A stretch of DNA of 26,095 bases from a virus (Duplodnaviria > Caudoviricetes), in IMG/VR virus record IMGVR_UViG_3300048575_000470, positions 1 to 26,095 of that record; one strand, 5' to 3'. Shown one piece after another: positions 17,314 to 25,580 of this stretch (position 1 is the stretch's first letter; every line of letters begins with the position of its first letter). Under the pieces are notes generated by a model, which saw only the letters and a program-made list of their open reading frames with translations, did not search any database and had not been told where the DNA came from. The position numbers were made by a program, and so were the translations under genes.

Positions 17314-17816
17314 TTGGGTTCCATCTCCTTTTGGACGTGACGAACGGCCTCTTCCGGGCTGACCGCGATGCCCTTCGCCGCCTGTTCGGCGACGTACGCT
17401 CGCGCCTTGGTGCCGAGCAATTCACCGAACGCAAGCTGATCGGACGGGACGCCTTCGACCTCGCCATCCGGCTTCGATACTTCGGCGAAGTTCACGACGA
17501 TGCCACTCTGCGAGATCAGGCCGCGGAAGTAATCGCGTGGCGATTGCTCCTTCTTGGCATCGCCTTCTCCGAACGAGATGGTGCCTTCGTGATCCAGGCC
17601 CGCCATAAAGGCGAGAACACCATCGCGCGCGGACGGAACGAGCACGCCCTTTTTGACCAGGCCATCGACCAGTGCCACGTCGGCGTCGGTGCGGACCTTC
17701 TTGGCCGCTTCGGCAAAGGACAAGTCCCTCGCTTTGGCGTCATCTTCACGCTGCTTAAGCGCAGCCTCGCGCGCGGCCAATTCGGCTTCGCGTTGTTCGG
17801 CGGTTTTTTCGCCCAC
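17310..17816 (-). CDS. Nested in-frame scaffold protein (Mu gpZ-like)
   Basis: AGAGGAG-CCCAAG-GTG at 17816, in frame with the protease and opening a coiled-coil (EQREAELAAREAALKQRE). 168 aa. Confidence 0.65.
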   Translation of the reverse strand: MGEKTAEQREAELAAREAALKQREDDAKARDLSFAEAAKKVRTDADVALVDGLVKKGVLVPSARDGVLAFMAGLDHEGTISFGEGDAKKEQSPRDYFRGLISQSGIVVNFAEVSKPDGEVEGVPSDQLAFGELLGTKARAYVAEQAAKGIAVSPEEAVRHVQKEMEPK

Positions 17817-18476
17817 CTTGGGCTCCTCTCTGTGTTCGGAAAACGCGGGGTTCACCGCGCCTTCGGTGTTGGCGATGCGCGCCCGCGTGGCCGCATCTTC
17901 GATGGCGCCGACATCCCAATCGGCGATGACCTTGTTGGCCTCATCGAGACCTTTATCTGCGATGAGAAAATCGCGGATAGATCGGAAGAGACGCCCGACC
18001 GTATCGAGCACCCAGCCCATGTCCGGGCCATCGGCGAATTCGACAAGCCCCGCATCACCATCGGCGAAAGAAACGGGCCGAAGCCCTTTCACGGCTGGGG
18101 GCTGCGCGCCGAGAAACCCGACATGCCGGAGATAGTATGTGCCGGGGCACGGGTTGTTTGCGCTGTTCGGCTCATAGAACGATGCCGAGACCTTTTTAAA
18201 TCGGCCGGCGCGCACGATGTCGACAAAGCCTGCGTCGATGTCGTCGCCAAACTGAGCGACCAGCGTGCCATTCGAGACGGAAAGCCTCTTCACCCAACCA
18301 TAGGCGGGCGCATTACCTTCAGGATGACCGATGACCGCGGGCGCCTCATGCTTGGCCGGATCGTAGGCCGCAGCGCTCTTGGCAAGGTCAGCGTCCGAAA
18401 ACGAAACTTCGCGGCCGTCCATCGCGATGTGACGGCCAGCGCGGAAGATGTCCACTAAGGGGTTTTTCAGCGTCAT
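17310..18476 (-). CDS. Prohead protease/scaffold (Mu gpI-like)
   Basis: Motifs IFRAG.H, HEAP.VIGHP...PAYGWV, FKKVSASFY and YLRHVGFLGAQPPAVKGL. The start is either ATG 18476 or ATG 18488, and neither has a clear SD. Confidence 0.9.
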   Translation of the reverse strand: MTLKNPLVDIFRAGRHIAMDGREVSFSDADLAKSAAAYDPAKHEAPAVIGHPEGNAPAYGWVKRLSVSNGTLVAQFGDDIDAGFVDIVRAGRFKKVSASFYEPNSANNPCPGTYYLRHVGFLGAQPPAVKGLRPVSFADGDAGLVEFADGPDMGWVLDTVGRLFRSIRDFLIADKGLDEANKVIADWDVGAIEDAATRARIANTEGAVNPAFSEHREEPKVGEKTAEQREAELAAREAALKQREDDAKARDLSFAEAAKKVRTDADVALVDGLVKKGVLVPSARDGVLAFMAGLDHEGTISFGEGDAKKEQSPRDYFRGLISQSGIVVNFAEVSKPDGEVEGVPSDQLAFGELLGTKARAYVAEQAAKGIAVSPEEAVRHVQKEMEPK

Positions 18477-18510
18477 GGCCCGTAACATGGCCTGAGCCGG
18501 ACGGGTCGTG

Positions 18511-18532
18511 GCCTTTGAAAAAATTCAAAGGC
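18511..18532. promoter_or_regulatory. Perfect dyad GCCTTTGAA-N4-TTCAAAGGC upstream of the protease gene; candidate late-promoter activator site
   Basis: 9-bp arms, AT-rich in a GC-rich background, centred about 45 nt upstream of ATG 18476. This is the position of the C-activated late promoter PI in Mu. Confidence 0.6.
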
Positions 18533-18789
18533 GATAGAGGCTGGCGGGGAAGATGCGCGTCGGACCGGAGAGGGCTGGCGTCGAAGCGGGGCGCCGAACT
18601 TTCATACCCCGGTTCGGGCCCATTTTGGAGGGGGTGCGGCCTTGCGAGGCGGAGCGGAGGGGGAGGAAAGCCCGGCATCCCTCACCAGAGGCCCCAAAAG
18701 GGGTTCAAAAGGCACGGTTAACGACCCGCGCGAACACCGGAGCGGCCCGGGGGCAAAATGGCCGCCAGCGGGCTCCCCTGACGGAGGCG

Positions 18790-19620
18790 TCATGCCCCGG
18801 GGCAACGCAGACTCCCCCGCATCAGGGACAACCGGGCGCGCTGGCGTCGGATGATGCGCTCGGCAAAGCCGATATCGCCCCCTAACGCCCTCAGGAGCGC
18901 CACGCCGGGGTTATAGCCAAACCCGGGGTCGATACCTTTCGGGACACGGGTGACCTCGCCGGTGCGCTTGTTGGTGAAGTCGACAGCCCCCAGATCAGGT
19001 GCCTCCATTTTGATGCGGCCTGATTTCTCCAGCCTCGCAAACATTGCATCCGAAACCGGGATCACGCTGCAGTGACACTTCCAGGCATTGGGTGGGTAAT
19101 GCGACAGCCACCACGGATCATCCACGGGCAAACATATGCCGTCCCACGCTTCATGTTCGGCACGCGGATGCCGACTGAAGTTGTGCTTGTACATGAGGTA
19201 CGGGATGTCGGCCTTATTACGCTCGATCTGGAGCCAGCGGCCGGCGGCATAAGATTGCCGAAGGTTGGTGTCGTAGATGATATCGAGCCGTCGCACTGAT
19301 CCCAACCGGCTCTCGACCCACTTGCCGCTCGCAGGATCGTAAGCGGGGCCCGTTCCCCACCATCCCTTATCCTGCAAAATTGGAATGAGCTTTTTCGACC
19401 AGCTTTCGTACGTCTCGCCACTCGCAATCGCATCTTCGATGGAACTGCCGATATCGCCAAGCACATCGTGGCCAGCGGTTTTGGCGACCGTGAACGCAGT
19501 GGAATGCTCGTGCTGCCATAGATCGAGCCAAGAAAATTCCGGCGCCGGCCGATCTAGACGCTTCGCGAACGCCTTCAGAGCATCTTTCGGCGTCAGGTTG
19601 CGGACGACGAGTTCTGGCAT
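18790..19620 (-). CDS. Minor head protein MuF (gp30-like), short form
   Basis: Motifs W.D.WQ.EH..AFTVAK, L..KGWWG, RRL.IIYDTNLRQSYAAGRW, HYPPNAWKCHC and GIDPGFGYNPG. Confidence 0.93.
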   Translation of the reverse strand: MPELVVRNLTPKDALKAFAKRLDRPAPEFSWLDLWQHEHSTAFTVAKTAGHDVLGDIGSSIEDAIASGETYESWSKKLIPILQDKGWWGTGPAYDPASGKWVESRLGSVRRLDIIYDTNLRQSYAAGRWLQIERNKADIPYLMYKHNFSRHPRAEHEAWDGICLPVDDPWWLSHYPPNAWKCHCSVIPVSDAMFARLEKSGRIKMEAPDLGAVDFTNKRTGEVTRVPKGIDPGFGYNPGVALLRALGGDIGFAERIIRRQRARLSLMRGSLRCPGA

Positions 19621-19621
19621 T

Positions 19622-21088
19622 TCAGGGCGCTTTCGGCTTGTCTTTTACGGTAGCGCCGATCGCACCGCCGGCCGTCGCTTGGAAAGTGGCGCCTTCAATC
19701 TTTTTGGCGAGCGCATCCACGTCTGGGTCGATCTTGGCGAGCGCGCGCCGCACATCTGCAAACGATGAGCTCTTATCGATAGCTTCTTGCGCTTGGTCTT
19801 TGATCGGTGCGATCACAGGTTCCCATTCCGATGCGAGCAGCTCGGCAATGGTGCCGATGGTATCGGTCTTCGGCGCAGCCTCGGCGAAAGCGGGGCCAAT
19901 CACAGTCGGCATCGGCGCACGCTTCGTCCAGTCGCCTCCATAGGTTTCCTGTACATAACCTTCGCTCGGCTCGAAGCCCATATCGTAAATCGTCTTGTCG
20001 CGCGTTGCGCGCTTGTCGAGATCTTCGGGATCGTCGAACAGCCGATAAACCCGAGGCGGCACGGCTCCGGGAAAATTCCATTCAGAAAGCCAGCGTGCCG
20101 GTCCCGCCATGAACGATGCGCACTGAAGGTCGGAGTCCGACTTCGAAACCTCCTCCCGCACTTCAAAATGGACTTTGCCTTGCGATAGCGACGCGCCGTT
20201 ATCGGTGGTCATAGTCTGACTCAAGATGACCTTGGAGATCGCGCCTTCCATCTTGTCGTAGAGTTGGTCGTATCCAGCTGCGCCGGATCGCGCCGCCTCC
20301 AGCAGCTCCAGCACCATATTGTTGGGGATGGCGACGGCGGCGTCGGTGGAGACTGCTTGCGCGGCGGCAAGCGCCTTATCCCTGATAGAGTTCTCGGTGC
20401 CGGGCGGAATTTTTACCACCGTCGTTGGAGCCCCGAACTTTTCCAAGAACATCAGCCAAAACTTCATGCCGTTGCGCTTGAAGTATGCTGGCCAATAGCA
20501 GTGATGGCCGAGGCCAAGCCCATAAGGAAGATCGTCGTTGTCGCCGCCGACCGTCCAGGTCCAGAACTTTTTGGGCGGCATTAACTCGCCGGTTGCCATA
20601 TCGCTGCGCGTGAGGAGACGAAGCCCGCCAGACGTGTCGAACCGAAACCGGCGCGCACGGCGCACCTGGATCTTTTCTAGGAAGACGTGGCGCCCGTCTT
20701 GCGCCCACATCGTCTCGCCGATGCCGTACCCATAGAACGTGGCGTACATCATCTTGTTGCACGCGTTGTCGAAGAGGAGCGTCGGCGAAGACAGCATTTC
20801 TCGCAAGAAATCGGCGGCCATCACCGATTGCTTATCGGTGGCTCCGGCATCGACTTGCCACTCGCGCGAGATCACCGCGAGGCGCCGTTGCTGAAAACAT
20901 GAAAACACCTGATCGTCGCGCATCACCTCCTCATAGATTTCGATCCCCGCGCCCTTGCCCGCAATGACGCTGTCCTGGTTGATTTCCAGCGGACCGATAT
21001 AGGGCTTCGTGATATCGCGGCCATCGCCCGAGACGGCGATCTCCTCCATCACCGGCTTGGCGTTCTCCGCCGATTTTTCGTCGGCCAT
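19622..21088 (-). CDS. Portal protein (Mu gp29, DUF935)
   Basis: Motifs D.QV.SC.QQRR.AV, PYG.GLG..CYWP..FK, FLEKFG.P and ISKVILSQTMTTD. Confidence 0.93.
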   Translation of the reverse strand: MADEKSAENAKPVMEEIAVSGDGRDITKPYIGPLEINQDSVIAGKGAGIEIYEEVMRDDQVFSCFQQRRLAVISREWQVDAGATDKQSVMAADFLREMLSSPTLLFDNACNKMMYATFYGYGIGETMWAQDGRHVFLEKIQVRRARRFRFDTSGGLRLLTRSDMATGELMPPKKFWTWTVGGDNDDLPYGLGLGHHCYWPAYFKRNGMKFWLMFLEKFGAPTTVVKIPPGTENSIRDKALAAAQAVSTDAAVAIPNNMVLELLEAARSGAAGYDQLYDKMEGAISKVILSQTMTTDNGASLSQGKVHFEVREEVSKSDSDLQCASFMAGPARWLSEWNFPGAVPPRVYRLFDDPEDLDKRATRDKTIYDMGFEPSEGYVQETYGGDWTKRAPMPTVIGPAFAEAAPKTDTIGTIAELLASEWEPVIAPIKDQAQEAIDKSSSFADVRRALAKIDPDVDALAKKIEGATFQATAGGAIGATVKDKPKAP

Positions 21089-22753
21089 CTAAAATCCTCC
21101 AAAGTCGTTGTGACCCGCGACCGTGCCAAAGCCGGTATGGGTGAAGTTTTCGCCGCGTCCATCGCCCATGTCGCTGTGTGTCTGGCGCGGGCCAGTGCTG
21201 GCGAAATCAATCTCTCCGACCTCGACTAGGCTTGCGGCATAGGCGAGCATCGCCGCTGGCGCGAAGTCGCCGTGACGCTCGCCGCCATCGCGATCATCGT
21301 TGTGGACGCCGTGGGGGACCATCGGCACACCGGCGATCAGCTTCACCATTGCCAGATCCGACACCAGATAATCGTCGGCCGGGAACTCAAACGAGCGATC
21401 TTCAATCGCCGCTTTCAGCTTGGGACCGTTTTCGAGATACCAGTGCTGGCTGAACTGGACACACTCAACTTCCGCCTCGCCGTACTTCTGCATCGTGACT
21501 TCGGCCAGATAGGCGCCGTTGCCAGTCTTGTCGAACTTGCCAGCGCCACGGCGGGGAAGCCGCTCGGTCACATAGAAGACAACCTGCTTCTGCTGTTCGA
21601 ACGGGACGTTTCGCATCTCAATGACGAACGGCGCGCGTCGCGTGAGATTTGCTCCGATCGCGACCGGAACAAAAATCGAAAGGTCGCCATTACGGCCAAA
21701 GTCCTGCCCGTAGGCGTGTCGATCGCGCGGATTTAGGCGAGCGATGACGGGATCGATATGCTCCTTTAGCCAGTCTGCAACGAACTTCTCGCGATAATCC
21801 TGAGGCTTTGTCGTGAACCCATCCGGACACTGCAGCCGCAAGACCGGCAGATCCTTGATGGTGCAGGCCTCGATCACAACGCGCGGTATATAGACGCCGC
21901 TGCCGAGGCTCGGCACGCAGTCAAGTTCCTCATCAGCGTGCGAGCCGTAGTTCTTGCGGATCTTCGCACGCCATGCTGCCTCAGCTTCGGGGGTCCATTC
22001 CTTGCCGGTCACAAGGCAGATGCGCTGGAACAATCCCTGTTCGACAGCCTCATCAAAGGTGCAGCGCACGACGCAGCCGATCTTCTTGCCGGACCGGATG
22101 TCTTCGATGAGCTTGTTAAACGGGTTCTCGGCGCCGTTATGCGTCGAGATCACAAGCAGCTTGCCGCCCCAGATCAACAGGGCGAACGCGGCCTTCAGCA
22201 GCTCATCAGCGTCATCGTGGAACGCGAACTCATCGAGGATGACGTAACCCTGCCGGCCACGAAGCGACCGCGGGCGGGACGTCAGCGCGACAATTTCAAA
22301 GCCGGACGCAAAGCGGATGCGAAACGCCTGGATGAAGCGGTCTACGCCTTTATCCTGACCATCCGGGAAAACGAATTCTTCGGCTGCTGTGGCAGCCGGC
22401 GCGAAGGAGCGCGCCCACATCCCACATGTGTCAATGAACTCTCGGGCCATATCGAGGTTATACCCGATATAGAGCACGTCCATTCCACCCGCCGACTTCT
22501 GCGCGCCGGCCGTCAACACCGCGTCCGCGCCGACGCCCCAGGTCGCGCCCGTGCGTCGGCTCTTTTCAGCAACGGTTAACTGGTTGACTGCCGTCGATTG
22601 GAGCAGCTCAACCTGAAACGGCATAAGGATGTCGGGAAGGTCTTTACCCTCAAGGCATGAAGGCAGCGACGCCACCGCGTTCATCCGGTGGCGCTTCCAC
22701 TCTTCCTCTGTCAGTGGCGCGCCGCTGAGCACGCCGATCGGCTCGGCGCTCAT
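21089..22753 (-). CDS. Terminase large subunit (Mu gp28-like)
   Basis: Walker A-like EKSRRTGATW, Walker B VILDE, ISTHNG, and nuclease motifs GQDFGR and HGD. Confidence 0.95.
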   Translation of the reverse strand: MSAEPIGVLSGAPLTEEEWKRHRMNAVASLPSCLEGKDLPDILMPFQVELLQSTAVNQLTVAEKSRRTGATWGVGADAVLTAGAQKSAGGMDVLYIGYNLDMAREFIDTCGMWARSFAPAATAAEEFVFPDGQDKGVDRFIQAFRIRFASGFEIVALTSRPRSLRGRQGYVILDEFAFHDDADELLKAAFALLIWGGKLLVISTHNGAENPFNKLIEDIRSGKKIGCVVRCTFDEAVEQGLFQRICLVTGKEWTPEAEAAWRAKIRKNYGSHADEELDCVPSLGSGVYIPRVVIEACTIKDLPVLRLQCPDGFTTKPQDYREKFVADWLKEHIDPVIARLNPRDRHAYGQDFGRNGDLSIFVPVAIGANLTRRAPFVIEMRNVPFEQQKQVVFYVTERLPRRGAGKFDKTGNGAYLAEVTMQKYGEAEVECVQFSQHWYLENGPKLKAAIEDRSFEFPADDYLVSDLAMVKLIAGVPMVPHGVHNDDRDGGERHGDFAPAAMLAYAASLVEVGEIDFASTGPRQTHSDMGDGRGENFTHTGFGTVAGHNDFGGF

Positions 22754-23313
22754 GACGGCTTAATTCCAAGAATGCGCTCTTTGATGGCGGCGACAGTGTC
22801 CGCCGAAAATCCAGGTGTCTTCGCGGCGACGGCCTCGACTTCATGAATTGCCTTTTGTGTGGCTTCCTTGGCCGCCTCTTGCTTGATCCTCACGATGCGA
22901 TCAGCGTCAGTCTTTCGCGCTGCGGATAACCGGTACAGAGCATCCGAAAGTCCGCGAAGCTCTTTGACGTCGATGTGAGCATCCTCGCCTTCAGACATCA
23001 CCTTCATTTGAAGCCTGAAGATTTGCTCCTGCACCATCTCGTAATTGAGCTTGGACTGATCATCGTCTGAGAGGTCGCCAAGGTCGGCGCGCAATTGCTT
23101 CACGGCTTCGCGCGAGGACCGCATCAGGCCAGCGACCTGTTCCACAGACTTGCGATATCGACCAAGGGCAGACCGGGACGGGGCATCTTCTCCGATCTCT
23201 TGCGCGAGAAGATCCCGCAACTCTGTTAGCGTCAGCGATTTGTCGGCGCATAGCGCATCAACACGAACGCGTTGCTCTGGCGGTAGTTGCTCGATGGTGG
23301 AGCGCTGGACCAT
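22750..23313 (-). CDS. Mu gp27-like small terminase (DUF3486)
   Basis: S.IEQLP N-terminus, SRSALGRY, and G.S.DT...IK.RILGI C-terminus. Located directly before the large terminase. Confidence 0.88.
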   Translation of the reverse strand: MVQRSTIEQLPPEQRVRVDALCADKSLTLTELRDLLAQEIGEDAPSRSALGRYRKSVEQVAGLMRSSREAVKQLRADLGDLSDDDQSKLNYEMVQEQIFRLQMKVMSEGEDAHIDVKELRGLSDALYRLSAARKTDADRIVRIKQEAAKEATQKAIHEVEAVAAKTPGFSADTVAAIKERILGIKPS

Positions 23314-23316
23314 CGC

Positions 23317-23652
23317 TCAGGCCTCATCAATGGCGCGGCGCACACCTTTTACGGTGATGTTGCCTTGCGCGACGGCGATACCCTCATCGGTGACTTTTGC
23401 CACGAAGTAGACGCGCTCCTCTTCGTCGGGATCAGCGGCGCCATCGGTAATCACGTCGTACGCGACAAGCTCCTTCTGACCGAGCCAATGAATATCGTCG
23501 CGCACGGCTTGCAACGTCAGTCCCTGCCGCGCCCCGACGGCCTTTAGGCCGATCTCGAGTTCCCGGTCGCTTGCCTGACAGCCTGCACGATACAGAAACT
23601 GCAAGATAAGAAGACGGCGGCGCTCGGCGAGCTTGATCTCAAAAGGCGTCAT
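23317..23652 (-). CDS. Mu gp26-like winged-helix protein
   Basis: Motifs RRLLIL..L, VR.DI.WL....LV and A.VT.EG..VAQG...V.GV.R. Confidence 0.85.
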   Translation of the reverse strand: MTPFEIKLAERRRLLILQFLYRAGCQASDRELEIGLKAVGARQGLTLQAVRDDIHWLGQKELVAYDVITDGAADPDEEERVYFVAKVTDEGIAVAQGNITVKGVRRAIDEA

Positions 23653-23665
23653 GATGCTCTACTCG

Positions 23666-24055
23666 CTAAGACTTGGGTGTCATCAGGCTCTCAGTGACGA
23701 GCTGGAGCGCCCGTTCGCTTCGATCCTGGCTTTGGTGGAGGGAGCGAATTTCAGCAGCGAGCGCTTTTACGTCGCCGGCGATATCCGAGATCTTGTCGTT
23801 CAGTTTTGCAACTTCATCGACCTGCGGCAGTGCGTTGATGTCGCGCTCAATGGCGATGATGCGCCGGTCATGATCGATAACCGTCTTGCGCAGCGGATCA
23901 AGCCTGTCCTTTTCGAGCTTCGTAACCGCGGCAGAGACTTCGTCTTCCGCTTGGTCCTGCGACGTCTTTTCGATGAAAAACTTGGCCGCCAGCCACAACA
24001 TCGAAATGATGCCTGGGGCGCCGATGATCAGTTGGATGGTGTTCTCAGGCGACAT
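23666..24055 (-). CDS. DUF2730 family membrane-anchored coiled-coil protein (Mu gp25/releasin-like)
   Basis: The likely start is ATG at 24055 (TAATG overlap with the upstream stop), giving 129 aa. N-terminal TM segment and HDRRI..IE.DI..LP..DEV..L...I..I.GD motif. Confidence 0.8.
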   Translation of the reverse strand: MSPENTIQLIIGAPGIISMLWLAAKFFIEKTSQDQAEDEVSAAVTKLEKDRLDPLRKTVIDHDRRIIAIERDINALPQVDEVAKLNDKISDIAGDVKALAAEIRSLHQSQDRSERALQLVTESLMTPKS

Positions 24056-24294
24056 TATGGTCCCCGCATTCTCATAGTGCGTTCGTGAATTTCCTGGCAC
24101 GACGTGCAGCGTGTCGCGCCAGGAACTGCCCGGCGTCGCTCTGGCGGAATTGGATCGCTGCAATCCTTGCAGCACTCGCGGTCGCCATTGATCGCAGCGG
24201 ACATTTCTGCGGCGGACAGCTCGGCGCGCAGATGCGCAAGGGCAGCATCTCGCCGAGCCTGTTCAAAGCGCTGCGCCGCATCGACATCATCCAT
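24055..24294 (-). CDS. TraR/DksA C4-type zinc finger protein
   Basis: N-terminal MDDVDAA (DxxDxA tip) and CKDCSDPIPPERRRAVPGATRCTSCQ. Confidence 0.93.
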   Translation of the reverse strand: MDDVDAAQRFEQARRDAALAHLRAELSAAEMSAAINGDRECCKDCSDPIPPERRRAVPGATRCTSCQEIHERTMRMRGP

Positions 24295-25126
24295 AGATCA
24301 CGCTGGCCCCGGACAAGATGAGCGCCATCGTCATCATTTCGGAGGCGAGTTGTTTCCCACAGCGCCGAGCGCTGACATAGCCGATGACTTCAGCTTGTCC
24401 CGGCAGGGCTTGCCGAACTTTTGATCGAGCGTCAGCCGTCCTTCCTGCTCGTCCAGTGCCCAGGTGAGCGCGGCGGCGGTGGCGTCCTTCAGCGGAGCGA
24501 CGCGCACCTTGTCGACCACCCAGGCCGGCGGCGGGCACCACAGCTTTCCCGTCTTGGTGGTCAGCGCCGGCTGGTTGTCCGGGCACAGCGTGAGAGAGGG
24601 GAGCGGCTCCGGGCACGCCAGCACCGTCTCCACCCGCGCCGTCGCTGCCGCTACCGCGGGAGAGTAGTCCGGTGTCGGGGTTACGGAGGAGGTCGAGCAG
24701 GCCGCGACGAACGAGATGATCGCCATCGCTGCCGAGCGGAGCATCAATCGGGACATTGCGGGTAACCTCCAAAAAGTTGTTGTAGGCTGTCTGGCGATCG
24801 GCGCGGTCGCGCTCGATCTGGGACTGCAGCTTGACGAGATCGCCCTGCAGCTTACCGAACTGCTCGCCGAGCTTTCCAAGCGTGCCGACGAACTTCACTT
24901 CTTCATCAGCCTTGGCCTGACGCGCGTCGTCGCGTTCTTTGATCGCGGCATCGCGGGCGTCGGTCACGGCCGGCAGCGCCTGGCTGTCGGCTCGCCAGCC
25001 GTTGACGCGATTGACAAACACGATGCCGCCAACCAGCACGGCGATCAGCAACGCGCCGATCAAGCCCCATTTGATGAGCGTGAGATAGGACGTTACGGGC
25101 GATACGGTGGGGAGCAAACCGGACAT
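24287..25126 (-). CDS. Inner-membrane spanin (Rz-like)
   Basis: N-terminal TM segment (WGLIGALLIAVLVGGIVFV) followed by a coiled-coil. Sits in the lysis cassette and hosts an embedded lipoprotein gene. Confidence 0.78.
   Translation of the reverse strand: MSGLLPTVSPVTSYLTLIKWGLIGALLIAVLVGGIVFVNRVNGWRADSQALPAVTDARDAAIKERDDARQAKADEEVKFVGTLGKLGEQFGKLQGDLVKLQSQIERDRADRQTAYNNFLEVTRNVPIDAPLGSDGDHLVRRGLLDLLRNPDTGLLSRGSGSDGAGGDGAGVPGAAPLSHAVPGQPAGADHQDGKAVVPAAGLGGRQGARRSAEGRHRRRAHLGTGRAGRTADARSKVRQALPGQAEVIGYVSARRCGKQLASEMMTMALILSGASVIYG
24334..24756 (-). CDS. Outer-membrane lipoprotein spanin (Rz1-like), embedded in the +1 frame of the i-spanin
   Basis: GGAGG 9 nt before ATG 24756. Signal peptide MSRLMLRSAAMAIISFVAA-C (lipobox), Pro-rich with four more Cys. 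140 aa. Confidence 0.82.
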   Translation of the reverse strand: MSRLMLRSAAMAIISFVAACSTSSVTPTPDYSPAVAAATARVETVLACPEPLPSLTLCPDNQPALTTKTGKLWCPPPAWVVDKVRVAPLKDATAAALTWALDEQEGRLTLDQKFGKPCRDKLKSSAMSALGAVGNNSPPK

Positions 25127-25341
25127 CAGCGACCACCCACCTTGATCTTGGACAGCGGGCAGCGGATGCCGGGCGCAGTCGCAATGACCTTCATGGTCTC
25201 GCTGGCCAGATGATCGGCGATGTCCTGCGCTTCTTCGTTCCCGTACCCGTGGTCTTCCTTGATCGTGATGAGAACCTCGATATCCGCTTCGGTTGCGTCA
25301 GCCTTTAAGCCGCGCATCACTCGCTTTGAGATTTTACTCAT
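25126..25341 (-). CDS. Small soluble hypothetical protein in the lysis cassette
   Basis: The likely start is ATG at 25341 (ATGA overlap with the holin stop). 71 aa MSKISKRV...KVGGR, with its stop overlapping the i-spanin start (TGATG). Confidence 0.7.
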   Translation of the reverse strand: MSKISKRVMRGLKADATEADIEVLITIKEDHGYGNEEAQDIADHLASETMKVIATAPGIRCPLSKIKVGGR

Positions 25342-25580
25342 TGCTGCCCCCTCGGCGCTTCCGATTGACCGTTGAAAAAGATGCCCGCGCCCACGCCGCC
25401 GAGCATCGCGGCAACGGCGGTGCCGTAGGCGATCGGATCGAAGGGCTGGCCTTTGACGATCACGGCGACGGCGACCATCACGTGCATGAACGCAAACGCG
25501 ATGATGAAGCCGATGCGGATCGGGCACCACACCCGATCGCCGTCATCCTCGGTCGCGATGGTCCGCAGCGGATTGGTCAT
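25338..25580 (-). CDS. Putative holin (two TM helices)
   Basis: 80 aa with two hydrophobic segments (IGFIIAFAFMHVMVAVAVIV; AYGTAVAAMLGGVGAGIFF). Coupled to the endolysin stop. Confidence 0.7.
   Translation of the reverse strand: MTNPLRTIATEDDGDRVWCPIRIGFIIAFAFMHVMVAVAVIVKGQPFDPIAYGTAVAAMLGGVGAGIFFNGQSEAPRGQQ

Noticed and set aside
17331-18458. 375-aa plus-strand ORF and similar ones (12708-13592, 9315-10124, 2161-2928, 14270-15031)
   Set aside because: All lie antisense to well-supported phage genes and show shadow-frame composition.
18388-18885. Short ORFs and G-runs (possible G-quadruplex) in the MuF-protease gap
   Set aside because: The ORFs are Pro/Gly/Arg-rich with no SD or motifs, and the G-tracts are irregular.
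18790-19620. MuF polymorphic toxin
   Set aside because: Only about 37 aa follow the conserved MuF end, with no toxin domain or immunity gene.
25126-25530. 134-aa version of the ORF overlapping the holin
   Set aside because: The N-terminal Arg-rich part is a frame shadow of the holin. The coupled ATG at 25341 is the better start.
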